Shown one piece after another: positions 63,963 through 64,000 of a stretch of DNA of 64,000 nucleotides. This DNA comes from Desulfuromonadales bacterium (GTDB lineage: Bacteria > Desulfobacterota > Desulfuromonadia > Desulfuromonadales > JAAYDE01). The translations under genes and the position numbers were made by a program. Within the stretch, counting starts at the first letter, position 1. The number at the start of each line of letters is the position of its first letter. The stretch spans positions 22,728 to 86,727 of the forward strand of contig CAXXJQ010000002.1 in the NCBI GenBank assembly GCA_963665045.2. The letters run 5' to 3'. Below the pieces are notes generated by a model. The model saw only the letters and a program-made list of their open reading frames with translations, had not been told where the DNA came from and did no database searches.

Positions 63963-64000
63963 TAGAAGGTCATCAGACTGAAGACTGTTGGCTGTAAGAA

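Noticed and set aside
1-64000. CRISPR arrays, tRNA/rRNA genes and IS elements
   Set aside because: I found no regularly spaced direct repeats of 25-40 nt, no cloverleaf-capable segments in the spacers I read, and no transposase-like ORFs. A tRNAscan/Infernal run would confirm this.

Overview
This 64-kb chromosomal window most likely comes from an anaerobic Desulfuromonadales/Geobacter-like deltaproteobacterium. That is an inference from gene content: multihaem cytochrome, many REC/GGDEF/HDOD signalling proteins, selenocysteine use, and sampled core-gene lines well above 50% GC (one cytochrome-gene line counted at 63%). I support about 58 protein genes. I saw no rRNA, tRNA, CRISPR array, transposase or integrase.

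Gene content from start to end:
- RND efflux operon with a MarR regulator.
- A six-gene minus-strand operon: RAM-domain protein, trpC, trpF, RibD-C reductase, divergent TrpD-like protein, cytoplasmic Mo/W-bisPGD oxidoreductase.
- An orphan RelE-like toxin and a VKOR-thioredoxin fusion.
- ilvBN behind a Val/Ile/Leu-rich leader peptide and attenuator.
- A plasmid-type ParA/RHH pair behind an AT-rich iteron region.
- Signalling genes, mntP, nucleoside-salvage genes, rlmN, ndk, rpsU.
- Two adjacent class II aldolases, zupT, a UGA-recoded selenocysteine peroxiredoxin, mop, a radical SAM gene.
- A low-GC flavoprotein disulfide reductase.
- A CydA-like membrane pair fused to an octahaem cytochrome c.
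- yeiH with a LysR regulator, then a TPP riboswitch-thiE/D-thiC operon, alr, a DUF4445 ATPase and purH.

Best candidates for something undescribed:
1. The cytochrome-bd-like/octahaem two-gene module (49187-52920).
2. The trp-like/RibD/Mo-enzyme operon (7164-13125).
3. A conserved C-terminal Cys4 module shared by a response regulator and a GAF protein.
4. A family of ~82-bp palindromic intergenic repeats.

Limits: no searches or folding programs were run, so all family calls rest on motifs I recognise. CDS coordinates follow the ORF track. Hand-counted coordinates (hairpins, boxes, internal starts) may be off by 1-2 nt.
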